A stretch of 64,000 nt of DNA from Magnetococcales bacterium (GTDB taxonomy: Bacteria; Pseudomonadota; Magnetococcia; Magnetococcales; JADGCL01). The notes beneath the pieces are model-generated. The model ran no database searches, had not been told where the DNA came from, and saw only the letters and a list, made by a program, of their open reading frames with translations. The translations under genes and the position numbers were made by a program. Position 1 is the first letter of the stretch, and each line of letters starts with the position of its first letter. The DNA lies in assembly GCA_015229005.1 (NCBI GenBank), contig JADGCL010000005.1, forward strand, positions 3,324-67,323. The letters run 5' to 3'. Below, one piece after another: positions 1 to 9,716 of this stretch.

Positions 1-4
1 GTAG

Positions 5-154
5 CAGCCCGTTGATAAACGGGCAGAGCCTTCCAAGGATGGCCGGCCAAATTCAACGGGATGGTGTAACTCGTTGAATTTGGAAGGGAAGGCAAAGCCG
101 CGTTTTGCCTTCCCGGGTTGAAAAAGTCCATGGATGGACTTTTTCAACAGGCTG
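5..154 (+). mobile_element. Multi-hairpin MITE/REP-like element, copy 1
   Basis: Ends CAGCCCGTTGATAAA...TTTTTCAACAGGCTG form a 13/15 inverted repeat; internal hairpins; homologous copies at 27523, 43582 and 50227. Confidence 0.85.
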
Positions 155-215
155 ACAGGGAATACTCCCAACTGAGACCCGACCGGACCCGGACGTTGGA
201 GCGAGCGGAGAGCCT

Positions 216-884
216 ATGGCGGGGTATACTGGAGTGGTGGTTGCAGGCTCTCGGGGGCTCGGGATCGAGTTGGTCGGGTATCTTTCCGGTTCGGTTTCCT
301 TCGGGATCGAGTGTATGCTCGACACGGTTCGGCAGGGAGAAGTTTGCGGTCTTCGAGTCATTGACCCCGGGCAGTACGATGGCGCATGCCGCGAGGCGTT
401 TTTTGCGTTTGGCTACCCGCTGGTCAAGAGGGACTTTCTGCGTCGGTACGAGGCGCTGCGGCTGAACTGGCGGACCTATGTTCACCCCACCGCTACGGTC
501 TCGCCGCTGGCGGAGGTCGGGAGGGGGTGCATCATCGGTCCCTATGCGACGGTGGCCGGGAATGCTGTTGTTGGCGATTTTGTTCTGATCAATGCTTATG
601 CGGCTGTGGGCCACGACTCCCGGATTGCGGATTATTCTTCCCTGATGCCTTACGCATGCGTCAACGGTCGTTGCCGTGTCGGGGAAGAGGTACTCGTTTC
701 GACCAAGGCCGTCATCCTGCCGGGAGTTCACCTTGGCGAGAGGTGTCGGATTTCGGCCGGGGCGGTGGTCAACCGCGCCATTCCGCCCGACTCGTTGGCC
801 TTCGGCAATCCGGCGCGGTTTCAGCCGGACGTGACGGCCATGAAAGAGCGGGCCTCGATGCTGGATGGGGAGCAGGACTCATGA
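216..884 (+). CDS. Sugar O/N-acyltransferase, NeuD/PglD-like hexapeptide-repeat family
   Basis: N-terminal Rossmann-like segment, VHPTATVS, hexapeptide repeats, VGHD, FGNPAR. Confidence 0.85.
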   Translation: MAGYTGVVVAGSRGLGIELVGYLSGSVSFGIECMLDTVRQGEVCGLRVIDPGQYDGACREAFFAFGYPLVKRDFLRRYEALRLNWRTYVHPTATVSPLAEVGRGCIIGPYATVAGNAVVGDFVLINAYAAVGHDSRIADYSSLMPYACVNGRCRVGEEVLVSTKAVILPGVHLGERCRISAGAVVNRAIPPDSLAFGNPARFQPDVTAMKERASMLDGEQDS

Positions 885-1123
885 CGCGCGAAGAGATACT
901 TGCCAAGGTGCGCCTGGCCTTTCACGAGTCCTTTGGCACGGAGGCGGCGCTGGTCGTTGCCGAGGCCATACCGGAGCAGATCCCGGGGTGGGACTCCCTG
1001 GGTCACGCGACGCTCGTGGTCTCTTTGGAGAAGGTGTTTGAGCTGACCTTCGAGATCGACGATCTCATGGCCATGGAGAGTGTCGCGGCCATTGTCGAAA
1101 TCGTCTCCCGGAAAATTGCCTGA
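881..1123 (+). CDS. Acyl carrier protein
   Basis: 80-aa acidic protein with GWDSL phosphopantetheine motif; ATGA overlap with upstream stop. Confidence 0.9.
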   Translation: MTREEILAKVRLAFHESFGTEAALVVAEAIPEQIPGWDSLGHATLVVSLEKVFELTFEIDDLMAMESVAAIVEIVSRKIA

Positions 1124-1231
1124 CATCCTGTCCCATGGATTGCCACCCTTCCTTGGGGGAGGGTTGGGGGCTGGTTGGCGATTGAACGTCGGGGCGTTGG
1201 GTGTTGGGTCTGTGACCTGGGTGGCGTCGTG

Positions 1232-2710
1232 GTGAACGGGAATTTCGGTCTCCTCCTGGCGCGGCGGTGTTCTGGGCGTTCGCGGCTGATCGATGCGGTC
1301 GCTGGTACGGAAACGGGTGTCGGCGAGGGCATTGCCCGGTGGGCCGGTTTTTTTTCGGCACGGGGGCTTCGTGCCGGAGATCGCCTGGTGCTGGGGTGTT
1401 CGCTCTCGGTGCGGACTCTGACGGCCTATCTTGGGGCCCTCTACGCCGGTCTTGAAACGGCGACTGTCGACAATGCCCGGCTTCTTCCCGCTGCGGATTT
1501 TCTGGCCGATCTTTCCGGGATCAAGGCCCTCTGGAGCGAGGATGCCCGTGTTCGCGATGCAGCGCGTCTGCGGGGGGTTCCGGTTCTGGAAGGTGACCCG
1601 GACGCGTGTCTCGCCCCGGTTGAGGCAGGGTGGCGGGGCGATGACGAGATTGCCCTCCTGGTCGCCACCTCCGGAAGCCTGGGGATGCCGAAATTCGTGA
1701 TGGTTTCGCAGGCGAACCTTGCGGCCAACACGGCGGCGATCGCCCGCAGCCAGCAGCTTCTGGAGGGTGGGGACGAGTGCGCCATGCTGATCCTGCCGGT
1801 GGCCTATTGTTTTGGCGCCAGCGTGCTGCATACCCATCTTTATTGCGGCGGGTCGGTGGTCGTCGACGGTCGGTTCATGTTCCCGGACCGGGTCCTGGCG
1901 GCCATGGCGAGGTGGGGGTGTACCAGCTTCGCGGGGGTTCCTTCCGTTTACAAGCTGCTGTTGCGGCGATCCAGTTTCGGGAAGATCGCCATTCCCGCGC
2001 TTGTCCGGCTGTTGCAGGCGGGGGGGCCGCTTGACACGGGCTCGATTGCTGCGGTTCGGGCGAAAATGCCTGGAGTGGCGTTTTACGTGATGTATGGGCA
2101 GACCGAGGCCACGGCGAGGATCAGTTGTCTCGATCCGGAGAGGATCGAAACGAAGGTCGGCAGTGTCGGGCGACCGCTCGACAATCTGGTCGTGGAGGTC
2201 AGGGATCCGTTGGGCAATCGGCTGGGGCCGGGAACCCGGGGACGCATTTGGGTGCAGGGTCCGTCGGTTTGCCAGGGCTACCTGGACGACCCGGGCGCCA
2301 CGGGGGAGGTTTTTGTCGACGGCTGGCTCGATACCCGCGATGTTGGCATGCTTGATTTCGACGGTTTCCTGTGGCTGGATGGGCGCAGCGAGGAATTTTT
2401 GAAGGTGCGCGGGGTGCGGCTGGCCTTCGGTGAAATCGAGGCGCGGGTCCGGGGGGTTGCGGGTGTCGCCGATGCGGCGGTCGTCGCCGTTCCGCACGTT
2501 GAGGCTGGGGAGGTGCCGGTGGTATTTGTGGTCTCCCTTCCCGGGCCTGTCCCTGGTGTTGTCGAGGCCGTCCGGGCCTTGTTGCCGCCGGCCTGGAGCT
2601 GTGAAAGAGTGGTGGCTTTGCCGTCCCTGCCGTTGAATGATCGTGGCAAGGTTGATCGGAAACACCTTCGGAACCTGGCCCTGGAGGCCGAACCGCTTGA
2701 CGCCGACTGA
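1232..2710 (+). CDS. AMP-dependent acyl-CoA/acyl-ACP synthetase (start uncertain, 1175 or 1232)
   Basis: TSGSLGMPK, YGQTEA, TRD, GRSEEFLK and GKVDRK ANL-family motifs. Confidence 0.9.
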   Translation: MNGNFGLLLARRCSGRSRLIDAVAGTETGVGEGIARWAGFFSARGLRAGDRLVLGCSLSVRTLTAYLGALYAGLETATVDNARLLPAADFLADLSGIKALWSEDARVRDAARLRGVPVLEGDPDACLAPVEAGWRGDDEIALLVATSGSLGMPKFVMVSQANLAANTAAIARSQQLLEGGDECAMLILPVAYCFGASVLHTHLYCGGSVVVDGRFMFPDRVLAAMARWGCTSFAGVPSVYKLLLRRSSFGKIAIPALVRLLQAGGPLDTGSIAAVRAKMPGVAFYVMYGQTEATARISCLDPERIETKVGSVGRPLDNLVVEVRDPLGNRLGPGTRGRIWVQGPSVCQGYLDDPGATGEVFVDGWLDTRDVGMLDFDGFLWLDGRSEEFLKVRGVRLAFGEIEARVRGVAGVADAAVVAVPHVEAGEVPVVFVVSLPGPVPGVVEAVRALLPPAWSCERVVALPSLPLNDRGKVDRKHLRNLALEAEPLDAD

Positions 2711-3818
2711 CCCGGTCGACGCCCTTCTTGCTCGTCCGCCCTATGCGGTCTCTCCGACCGAGAAGGAGGCTCTGCTCCTGCCGCTTCTGGTGGAGCGGAT
2801 CGGTGCGGCGGCGCTGGCGTCGGCGGAGTATGGCCATTTCGTCCGGCACTGGCCTTGCCCGCTCGCCGAGGCGACCTCGATCGATGACCTGCCTCTCCTT
2901 CCGGTGGCCTCTTTCAAGAGGGAGCCGCCTCTGCAAACGGTACCGTCGGCGACGCTGCTGCGGACGTTGACCTCGAGTGCCACGACGGGGCAACAACCGA
3001 GTCGCATTGCCCTGGATGCCGGGACTGCACGTCGGATGAGCCGATCCCTGGTCGTCATTCTCAAGGATTTCATTGGTCCGGAACGGAGGCCGTGCGGGAT
3101 CGTCGATGCGGCAAGCGTCAATGCCGCGTCGACCGCTTTGAGCGCTCGTGGGGCGGCGGTGCGCGGGTTGACGCCTTTTGCGACCTCGATGACCTATTTT
3201 TGTGACCAGGACGCGGGGGGTGGTCTCGTCATCAGGAACGAGGAGATCCTGAACTGGGCGGAGAGTCAGAGAGGAAAGCCGGTACTCCTCTATGGGTTCA
3301 CCTTTGCCCTCTGGCAGGCCCTGGTCCGGCAACGCCGGTTCGCTTCGCTTGGGCTTGAGCAGGCGACGGTGATCCACAGCGGTGGTTGGAAAAAGCTCTG
3401 GGAATTAGCGGTGTCGAAGGCGGAATTCAATTGCGAGGTTGCCGCTGCCGTGGGGTGTGATCCGGGCCGGGTGATTGATTATTACGGAATGGTGGAGAAT
3501 GTCGGGGTCGTCTATCCCGATTGCCCGAAGGGCAACAAACACGCCCCGGTGTTCGGGGAGGTGATCGTTCGCGACCCGCTCACCATGCGCCGGGTGGGAG
3601 GGGGGGGGAGCGGGATCCTGCAGGTCTGTTCTCTCCTTCCTACGAGTTTTCCCGGGCATGCACTGCTGACCGAGGACCTGGCTGCGGTGGTAAGCGAGGA
3701 TGGATGTCCTTGCGGCAGGAGGGGGGTTGCCTTTCGCTTTCTGGGGAGGATCCGGAAGGCCGAGGTCAGGGGCTGCGGCAATATCGCTACCGCACGGATG
3801 TTGCCGGGCGACATTTGA
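2697..3818 (+). CDS. luxE: Acyl-protein synthetase, LuxE family
   Basis: TSSATTG, GGWKK, YYGMVE, SFPGHALLTED, CPCGR...AEVRGC; TTG start preceded by GGAGG. Confidence 0.85.
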   Translation: MTPTDPVDALLARPPYAVSPTEKEALLLPLLVERIGAAALASAEYGHFVRHWPCPLAEATSIDDLPLLPVASFKREPPLQTVPSATLLRTLTSSATTGQQPSRIALDAGTARRMSRSLVVILKDFIGPERRPCGIVDAASVNAASTALSARGAAVRGLTPFATSMTYFCDQDAGGGLVIRNEEILNWAESQRGKPVLLYGFTFALWQALVRQRRFASLGLEQATVIHSGGWKKLWELAVSKAEFNCEVAAAVGCDPGRVIDYYGMVENVGVVYPDCPKGNKHAPVFGEVIVRDPLTMRRVGGGGSGILQVCSLLPTSFPGHALLTEDLAAVVSEDGCPCGRRGVAFRFLGRIRKAEVRGCGNIATARMLPGDI

Positions 3819-3888
3819 TATTCCTGTTGGTATTGCGGCGACGTGGTCTCTGGTGGATTTTTTCGACCTGCCGGCAAAGGAGTTCCCG

Positions 3889-5163
3889 ATGCTGCGGATT
3901 TCCTCTCCCCGAAGCGGTGACGATATCGTTCGGGAGGCGCGGAGGTTGGCCGGTCCCTCATTCCCGCCTGGAGAGGAGGCACTGCTCGATCTCTGTGACC
4001 GTTGGTCCAGGGCCATTCCGCATTCACCCGCTTCCCGGGTCCCCGGTGCGGTATTTCTGGGGATGTGGCTCAGGCGGGGGGCGATGGAGTCTATTCTGCG
4101 TCGGGAGCTGTTTCCGGAGGGAAGGGGCGCTGGTTGGAGCCCGGAAGGAGGCGGGTGGGTTCGACCCCAGGGCGTCGGCATCGTGGGCCACTGGCCGGCG
4201 GCGAATATCGAGATCATGCCGCTTGTTTCCATGGTGTGCGCCCTGATCGGCGGCAATCGGGCCCTGGTCCGCATTCCGCCCTCGCTCGCGGCGGCGGTGG
4301 AGTCCCTGCTGGCGGTTTTGAACGGCGTTGATCTTGAAGGAGTCATGGCGGCCAGATCGGTTTTGTTGAGTTTTGCCAGCGACGCCCAGACGATGCACGA
4401 GGCGATGGCCCGTTGTTGCGATGGCGCCCTGATCTGGGGAGGGGAGGAGTCGGTCAGATCGGTGCGTGCCCTGCCTTTTCCTGTCTGGGCGCGCCTGCAG
4501 CTCTTCGGGCCGAGGGTTTCGGTCGCCATGATCGACGCCGCTTCCTGGCGCGACCCGGGGGAGAGGGCGGCATGGGCGACCCGCCTGGCGCGTGATGTCT
4601 GGCAGTTCGACCAGGGGGCCTGCAGTTCGCCGCAGATCCTTTTTGCCGAACGCTCCACTGTCGACGGGGGCGCGTTGCTCGATGCCCTTGCCCGGGCGTT
4701 GGCCGAGGAGAACAGGCTCCATCCGCGGCAGGCGATCGAGGCATCGCTGGCCTCGGCGATCGTTCAGGCGCGGGCGGCCTGTTTGCTCGGAGACGTTGCG
4801 AACTCGGCGCGTTTCCCGGAATCTCCGGACTATACGGTGCTGGCGTTTGCCGGTCCGGAATTGCCCCGAGTGACACAGGGGCGTTGCCTGAATGTCGTTT
4901 GGGTGGACGATCTCATGCAGGCGGTGGAGAGGCTTGACGGGTCGTTCCAGACCATCGGCATTGCCGTGCAGGGGGGGGAGCGCGAAAGGTTGATTGCGGA
5001 GCGGGCTGCTTCCCGTGGGGTTGACCGGATTGTACGCCTTGGTTCCATGCACCTGTTTGATTCCCCTTGGGATGGGATGCGCCTGGTGGCGCCGATGGTG
5101 CGTTTTGTCAAATACCTGCCATCGGCTTCGGTATCGATGCAGTCCGGAGGAGTGGATCCGTGA
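3889..5163 (+). CDS. luxC: Acyl-CoA reductase, LuxC family
   Basis: WGG, FGPRVS, FDQGACSSPQ with catalytic Cys, RGVDRIV...PWDG; AAGGAG SD. Confidence 0.85.
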   Translation: MLRISSPRSGDDIVREARRLAGPSFPPGEEALLDLCDRWSRAIPHSPASRVPGAVFLGMWLRRGAMESILRRELFPEGRGAGWSPEGGGWVRPQGVGIVGHWPAANIEIMPLVSMVCALIGGNRALVRIPPSLAAAVESLLAVLNGVDLEGVMAARSVLLSFASDAQTMHEAMARCCDGALIWGGEESVRSVRALPFPVWARLQLFGPRVSVAMIDAASWRDPGERAAWATRLARDVWQFDQGACSSPQILFAERSTVDGGALLDALARALAEENRLHPRQAIEASLASAIVQARAACLLGDVANSARFPESPDYTVLAFAGPELPRVTQGRCLNVVWVDDLMQAVERLDGSFQTIGIAVQGGERERLIAERAASRGVDRIVRLGSMHLFDSPWDGMRLVAPMVRFVKYLPSASVSMQSGGVDP

Positions 5164-6056
5164 AAGAGGGCGCCCAGTTTCTCACCGCGCTTGCGAAGAG
5201 CGCCAGAATGTTCTTCCCAGCCGCTCGGGGATGCACGGAGCGACACGCGGAGATTTGCGCCTGGCTGCTGGATCCGCTTGCCCGCTGGGGCCGGGCCGCC
5301 TACGGCGAGGGGGTATTTGAACAGGCGGCAAAGGGATATGCGCGATACTGCATGCACGTCTCACTGGCGCAGCGCACCTACGAGAAGGAGGGCCGATACA
5401 CCCCTGATCGGTTGCCGGACATTATTGAAAAGGTCTACGAAAATGAGAGTTACATGACACCCTACATGTGGGCTGCTGTTCTGATTTACGCTTTTTGGGA
5501 GAGCATGGTCAATCATCTGATGCTGTTCCGTGGGGATTTCATACGCTCCCTGCCGCCGACACCCGAGGTTCTCGAACTGGCTTGCGGCCACGGCGCCATG
5601 GGGTTGCTCGCCTGTGAGGAGCGTCGTGACCTTGAACTGGTCGGTCTGGATATTGGCCCGGCGGCGATCAGGATTGCCCGGGATCTGGCGAGGGTATCGG
5701 GTCATGAGGGGCGGGCGCAGTTTTTCCTGGGGGATGTCTTGGCCACGGGGAGCCTGGCCAATGGCAGGGAGTTCGACGGGGTGATGGCGGCGATGATCGC
5801 GGAGCATTTGGTCGATCCGCGACCCCTTTTTCGGTCGGTGGCCGATGCCCTCAAGACGAACGGGTTGGCCTTCGTGAGTACGGCGCTGGAATCGCCGCAG
5901 TGTGACCATGTATTTGAGTTTCATCGTGAAAGCGAGCTGGTTTCCCTGGCGGAGGAGGCTGGTCTCAGGGTCACGCGGCTGGTCTCCGATGGTGGCGCGG
6001 TGCCGCCCGGGATGCGGTTTCGCCCCCGGGCGCTGGCCATGATTCTTACGAAGTAG
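5160..6056 (+). CDS. Class I SAM-dependent methyltransferase
   Basis: VLELACGHG motif I, GLDI, AEHLVDP; GTGA overlap with luxC. Confidence 0.8.
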   Translation: MKEGAQFLTALAKSARMFFPAARGCTERHAEICAWLLDPLARWGRAAYGEGVFEQAAKGYARYCMHVSLAQRTYEKEGRYTPDRLPDIIEKVYENESYMTPYMWAAVLIYAFWESMVNHLMLFRGDFIRSLPPTPEVLELACGHGAMGLLACEERRDLELVGLDIGPAAIRIARDLARVSGHEGRAQFFLGDVLATGSLANGREFDGVMAAMIAEHLVDPRPLFRSVADALKTNGLAFVSTALESPQCDHVFEFHRESELVSLAEEAGLRVTRLVSDGGAVPPGMRFRPRALAMILTK

Positions 6057-6068
6057 CCGCGAGCGCCC

Positions 6069-6791
6069 ATGGAGATCAAATCGGTTGTCATCACCGGGGG
6101 GGCGGGCGGTATTGGCGGGGCGCTGGACCGGTGCCTTGTGGCGCGTGGCGTCGAGACGACGGTGATCGTTATGAGGGGGGCGACCGATGCCGGGGGAAAG
6201 GGGGTTGTGCGTGCCGATGTTTCGCGTGAGGAGGAGGTGGGGGCGGCGTTTGCCGAGATCGAGAGGAGGGGGGTTCGTTTCGACGGCCTGGTCTGCTGCG
6301 CCGGGATTGTGAAAGATGCGCCGCTGGTGGGCGTTGCCCCGGGGAGTTTTGCGCCGTACCCGCTTGGGGCGTGGTCCTCGACGGTGGCGGTCAACCTGAC
6401 CGGGACTTTTCTCTGTGTGCGTGAGTTCGCTGTTCGCTGCATTCGGGCGCGACGCCGGTCGCGGGTGGTGACCGTCAGCTCTCCAGCCGCCTGCGGCGCC
6501 CCGGGACAGGCCGCCTATGCGGCCAGCAAGGCCGGGGTCGAGGCCATGACGCTTGCTGCTGCGGCCGAGTTTGCCCCATGGGGGGTGACGCTCTGTTGCG
6601 TCCGCCCCGGTCTCACCGATACCCCCATGGCGGCGGCCTATCCGAGGGCGGTTCTGGATCGTTTGGCACGTCGCAGTTCGATTGGTCGCATCTATTCCCC
6701 GGAGGAGACTGCGGAGGCGATCGTCTTCTGCCTGTTCAGTGACACGGTGGCCGGGTGTGTTGTGCCGCTCGATGGCGGGATTAAATTATAG
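6069..6791 (+). CDS. SDR family oxidoreductase (FabG-like)
   Basis: TGGAGGIG, VNLTG, YAASK, PGLTDT, LDGG. Confidence 0.9.
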   Translation: MEIKSVVITGGAGGIGGALDRCLVARGVETTVIVMRGATDAGGKGVVRADVSREEEVGAAFAEIERRGVRFDGLVCCAGIVKDAPLVGVAPGSFAPYPLGAWSSTVAVNLTGTFLCVREFAVRCIRARRRSRVVTVSSPAACGAPGQAAYAASKAGVEAMTLAAAAEFAPWGVTLCCVRPGLTDTPMAAAYPRAVLDRLARRSSIGRIYSPEETAEAIVFCLFSDTVAGCVVPLDGGIKL

Positions 6792-6817
6792 CCCGGAATC
6801 TGCGAGAGTGGGTTGTT

Positions 6818-7618
6818 ATGCGGTGCATGATTTGTGCGTCTTCCATGGTTCCGTCCATGGCGAAGGATTTTGGCGGGGTGTATGGGTTGACCGAGGTCTC
6901 CTATGAGCGGTGTGTTGCGTGTGGCTTTGTGCAATCGTCGACACACGCCAAAATGCCCCTTGCGGAATGGGAGAGGCTGAATCGGGAGTTTCATGCGAGT
7001 TATCAGGGGAGCGGTGTCGCCGAGGGTGATCCGCGCTGGATGGAGCGGATTGAAACTCAGGCCCGGGTGATGACCCGGTTGGTTCGGGACGGCATCCTTC
7101 CCGGGGGCCCGTGGGTGGATTATGCCTGTGGTGATGGTGAGCTTGCCGACCGGCTGGAGAGGAACGGCTTGGACGTGACGCGGTATGATCGATATATGCG
7201 TACCGGGGTTGGGCGCTACCTGGAGAAAGAGGAATTACTGAAGAGCGGGAAAAAGTGGGAAGTTGTCATCAATACCTCGGCATTTGAGCACTTTCTTTCA
7301 ATGGAGCCGATAGAGGAGATATTTGAACTGGCGCGGGATGGAGTCCTGGCGGTCCATACCCTGGTGAGTGAGCGGGTCCCGACCGACGCCTTGTGGTTTT
7401 ACCTGTTTCCGGTTCATGTGTCGTTTTTCACGAATGCTGCCATGCAGATCCTCTTTGAGCGGTACGGTTTTGCATCCTCGATATACCATGTCGAGGCGCG
7501 TCTCTGGTTCTGGTTCCGGCACAGGGATCGTGCATTCGAGCGGTATTGCGCAAGCCATTCGGCGGCGGGGGACACGTTGGTCTGGCGGGATGCCTTCGTC
7601 GACTATTGGAAGGAGTGA
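6818..7618 (+). CDS. Methyltransferase with N-terminal Zn ribbon
   Basis: CMIC...CVAC, VDYACGDG, AFEHF, HVSFF. Confidence 0.75.
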   Translation: MRCMICASSMVPSMAKDFGGVYGLTEVSYERCVACGFVQSSTHAKMPLAEWERLNREFHASYQGSGVAEGDPRWMERIETQARVMTRLVRDGILPGGPWVDYACGDGELADRLERNGLDVTRYDRYMRTGVGRYLEKEELLKSGKKWEVVINTSAFEHFLSMEPIEEIFELARDGVLAVHTLVSERVPTDALWFYLFPVHVSFFTNAAMQILFERYGFASSIYHVEARLWFWFRHRDRAFERYCASHSAAGDTLVWRDAFVDYWKE

Positions 7619-9267
7619 TCTTTTCCGGAAGTTTCCTCGGGAGGGGGTGGGAGTCGGGAGAAGGCGTCCCGGCGGACATACATGACCTGGTAGTAGTCAC
7701 GTCCCGCGGAATTGCCAAAAATACGATAGAGGCGGTATTGGCCGAAGCGGGGATCGCGGCGATAGCGGGCGCCGTAGGCCTTGTCCGGGTCGGGATCGTG
7801 ACTGGTGAAGACCAGGACCACGGAATTCGTATCGAAAAAATAATCAATGGAAGTTTTTTCATTCAAGTTTCCCCGGGCCAGGATCTTGCTGTTCAGGGAT
7901 CCATAGTCGATCGTTCGCATCCTGGAGAAATAGGGCATGGCCCCGGCATCGGACATCACGGAGAGGGTCTCGTCGGGACGGAAAACGGAACCGAGCAGGC
8001 GACCGATAGCGATATGTTCGTCGTTCATGAGCTGCCTGTAGAACCCGACGTAGTTCAGCTCCTTTTGCAGGTTGCGGATGTTGAGCCCGATCTGGAACAC
8101 CAAGGCTGCTGTGGCAACGCCGAGGACGGTCATTGTCGAAAGAGAGATGGTTCTTCTGTCCAGCCGCCTGACACCTTGCTCCAGGGCGAGGCCGCACCCC
8201 AGCAGCAACGGAGGCAAAAGCGGCACGAAAAATCGGTGGGAATAATTCATGGCCAGGTAAGAATGGAGGTACAGAGCGATCACGACCGTGACGAACAAGG
8301 CGGTTATCGTTGCGATGCGGGCAGTGGGAGTGAGGAGAATGCTGCCTGGGGCTCTGCCATCAGCGACTTCACTCGACCTCGTGTTCCGGGGGCTGGCCAG
8401 GAACGGCAGCCAGATTGTTCCGGACGCCAGGATGGGGAAGAAGAGAGTATCCTGCAGGAACCACCTGAGTGCCGATATGGAATCGGCGTTGATCAACGCC
8501 TCTATGGAGGCGGATTTGACGTAGAAAGTGTTCGGCAGCAATTGTCCGTAATAATGAAATCGCCACAGGAAGTAGACGAGTCCCGGCAGAAAGGCCAGGG
8601 CCAGGATCCGGACGACGGTGGATCGAAAGGCTTTATGCCGGCGACCGTGATCCAGGAGTACCAGGAAACCCAGTGCCATCATCAGGGCGCCCTCGGGTCG
8701 CGTCAGTCCGGTTGCCAGGGAGATCAGAAGGGCAGCAGTGATTGCCGGATTGTGTTCTGGCGCCTGTCCCAACGCCTTGTGCAGAAGCATCAGGGTGCCC
8801 GTGAGCAAGGCGGTGAACGCCAAGGTTTCCATGCCTGAGGTGGCGTGTGTGAAGAGCGCCGGGTAGGTGAGCCAGACTGCCCAGATGAGGTGAGTGAGCC
8901 AGGAACGGATTCCGAGTTGGCGGGCAAAAAGCCAGAACAGGGTGGCGGTGGCGATGTAGGAAGTCGCTCCGAGGAGGTGGCTGCCGGTTTGAGGAGTCAA
9001 CCCAAGGAGGGAGAGCAGGGCCAATAGAACGGGAAGCATTATCCCGGTGTAACCTTCGACAGGATCTTCACCTGGGTTCCAATTGAGTTCCCCGTGGAGG
9101 AGCAGGTTCTCGGTGTAGCGGAAGGCGATGAAGGCGTCGTCCACGACCCAGTCCGGGAACTGGATCAGCCGGACGAGGGCATATCCTGCCGCTGCGATCG
9201 GGAGGAGAGTCCCGACGAGGCGCAACAGCCTGAAGGGGGGCGAGTTCCTCAAGAGGGGCGCGTGCAA
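7603..9267 (-). CDS. Polytopic membrane glycosyltransferase-like protein (GT-C; AftB-like)
   Basis: VDDAFIAFRY in first loop, VEGYT, GMET, RPEG, YYGQLLPNTFYVK; about 11-12 hydrophobic segments. Confidence 0.65.
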   Translation of the reverse strand: MHAPLLRNSPPFRLLRLVGTLLPIAAAGYALVRLIQFPDWVVDDAFIAFRYTENLLLHGELNWNPGEDPVEGYTGIMLPVLLALLSLLGLTPQTGSHLLGATSYIATATLFWLFARQLGIRSWLTHLIWAVWLTYPALFTHATSGMETLAFTALLTGTLMLLHKALGQAPEHNPAITAALLISLATGLTRPEGALMMALGFLVLLDHGRRHKAFRSTVVRILALAFLPGLVYFLWRFHYYGQLLPNTFYVKSASIEALINADSISALRWFLQDTLFFPILASGTIWLPFLASPRNTRSSEVADGRAPGSILLTPTARIATITALFVTVVIALYLHSYLAMNYSHRFFVPLLPPLLLGCGLALEQGVRRLDRRTISLSTMTVLGVATAALVFQIGLNIRNLQKELNYVGFYRQLMNDEHIAIGRLLGSVFRPDETLSVMSDAGAMPYFSRMRTIDYGSLNSKILARGNLNEKTSIDYFFDTNSVVLVFTSHDPDPDKAYGARYRRDPRFGQYRLYRIFGNSAGRDYYQVMYVRRDAFSRLPPPPEETSGKDHSFQ

Positions 9268-9587
9268 GGTGTTCTCCTGGAGGGATTGTCGCCATTGCGG
9301 CGTTAGTCGGCTGGTGGTGCCAACCGTCCAAGTCTGTCATCCTAACCCAGCTTCATCAAGACGGCCATTGAATATCCGATGCGCCGTGGGGAGAAACTTC
9401 TCGTTGCCGACGAGATGCAGCGGCACTTCCTTCCTCTCCGGGAAGGGATTGCCCGGCGTTCGCACGGGAGATTCCTCCGATTCGGATGGGGCGGGGAGGG
9501 CCTGGAGGTTGGTCCGGAGCCTTGGTCCCGGTCCTGGGGCTTCACGGGGGGCGTTGGTTTCCGGCAATATTCGGGGATATTGAAAAA

Positions 9588-9603
9588 TGGCATGTTTCTT
9601 GTA
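9588..9603 (+). promoter_or_regulatory. Putative sigma54 promoter of flagellin
   Basis: TGGCAT-GTTTC-TTGTA versus consensus TGGCAC-N5-TTGCW, about 115 nt before the ATG. Confidence 0.6.
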
Positions 9604-9716
9604 AATCAGCGACTACGGTCGGGATCCCTGAACCGGACGGGCGCTGGTCGATGGAGGCGCTGCCGTGGCGGACCAGTCCGGGACTCGTCGCATCCTGTCA
9701 GGATCGGGAGAGAAAG

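Noticed and set aside
5-154. Integron attC sites as the identity of the dispersed repeat
   Set aside because: No RYYYAAC...GTTRRRY ends, several hairpins rather than one, not one per gene, and no integrase
2697-5163. Bioluminescence (lux) operon
   Set aside because: No luxA, luxB, luxD or luxG in the window; the context is ACP, ligase and sugar acyltransferase
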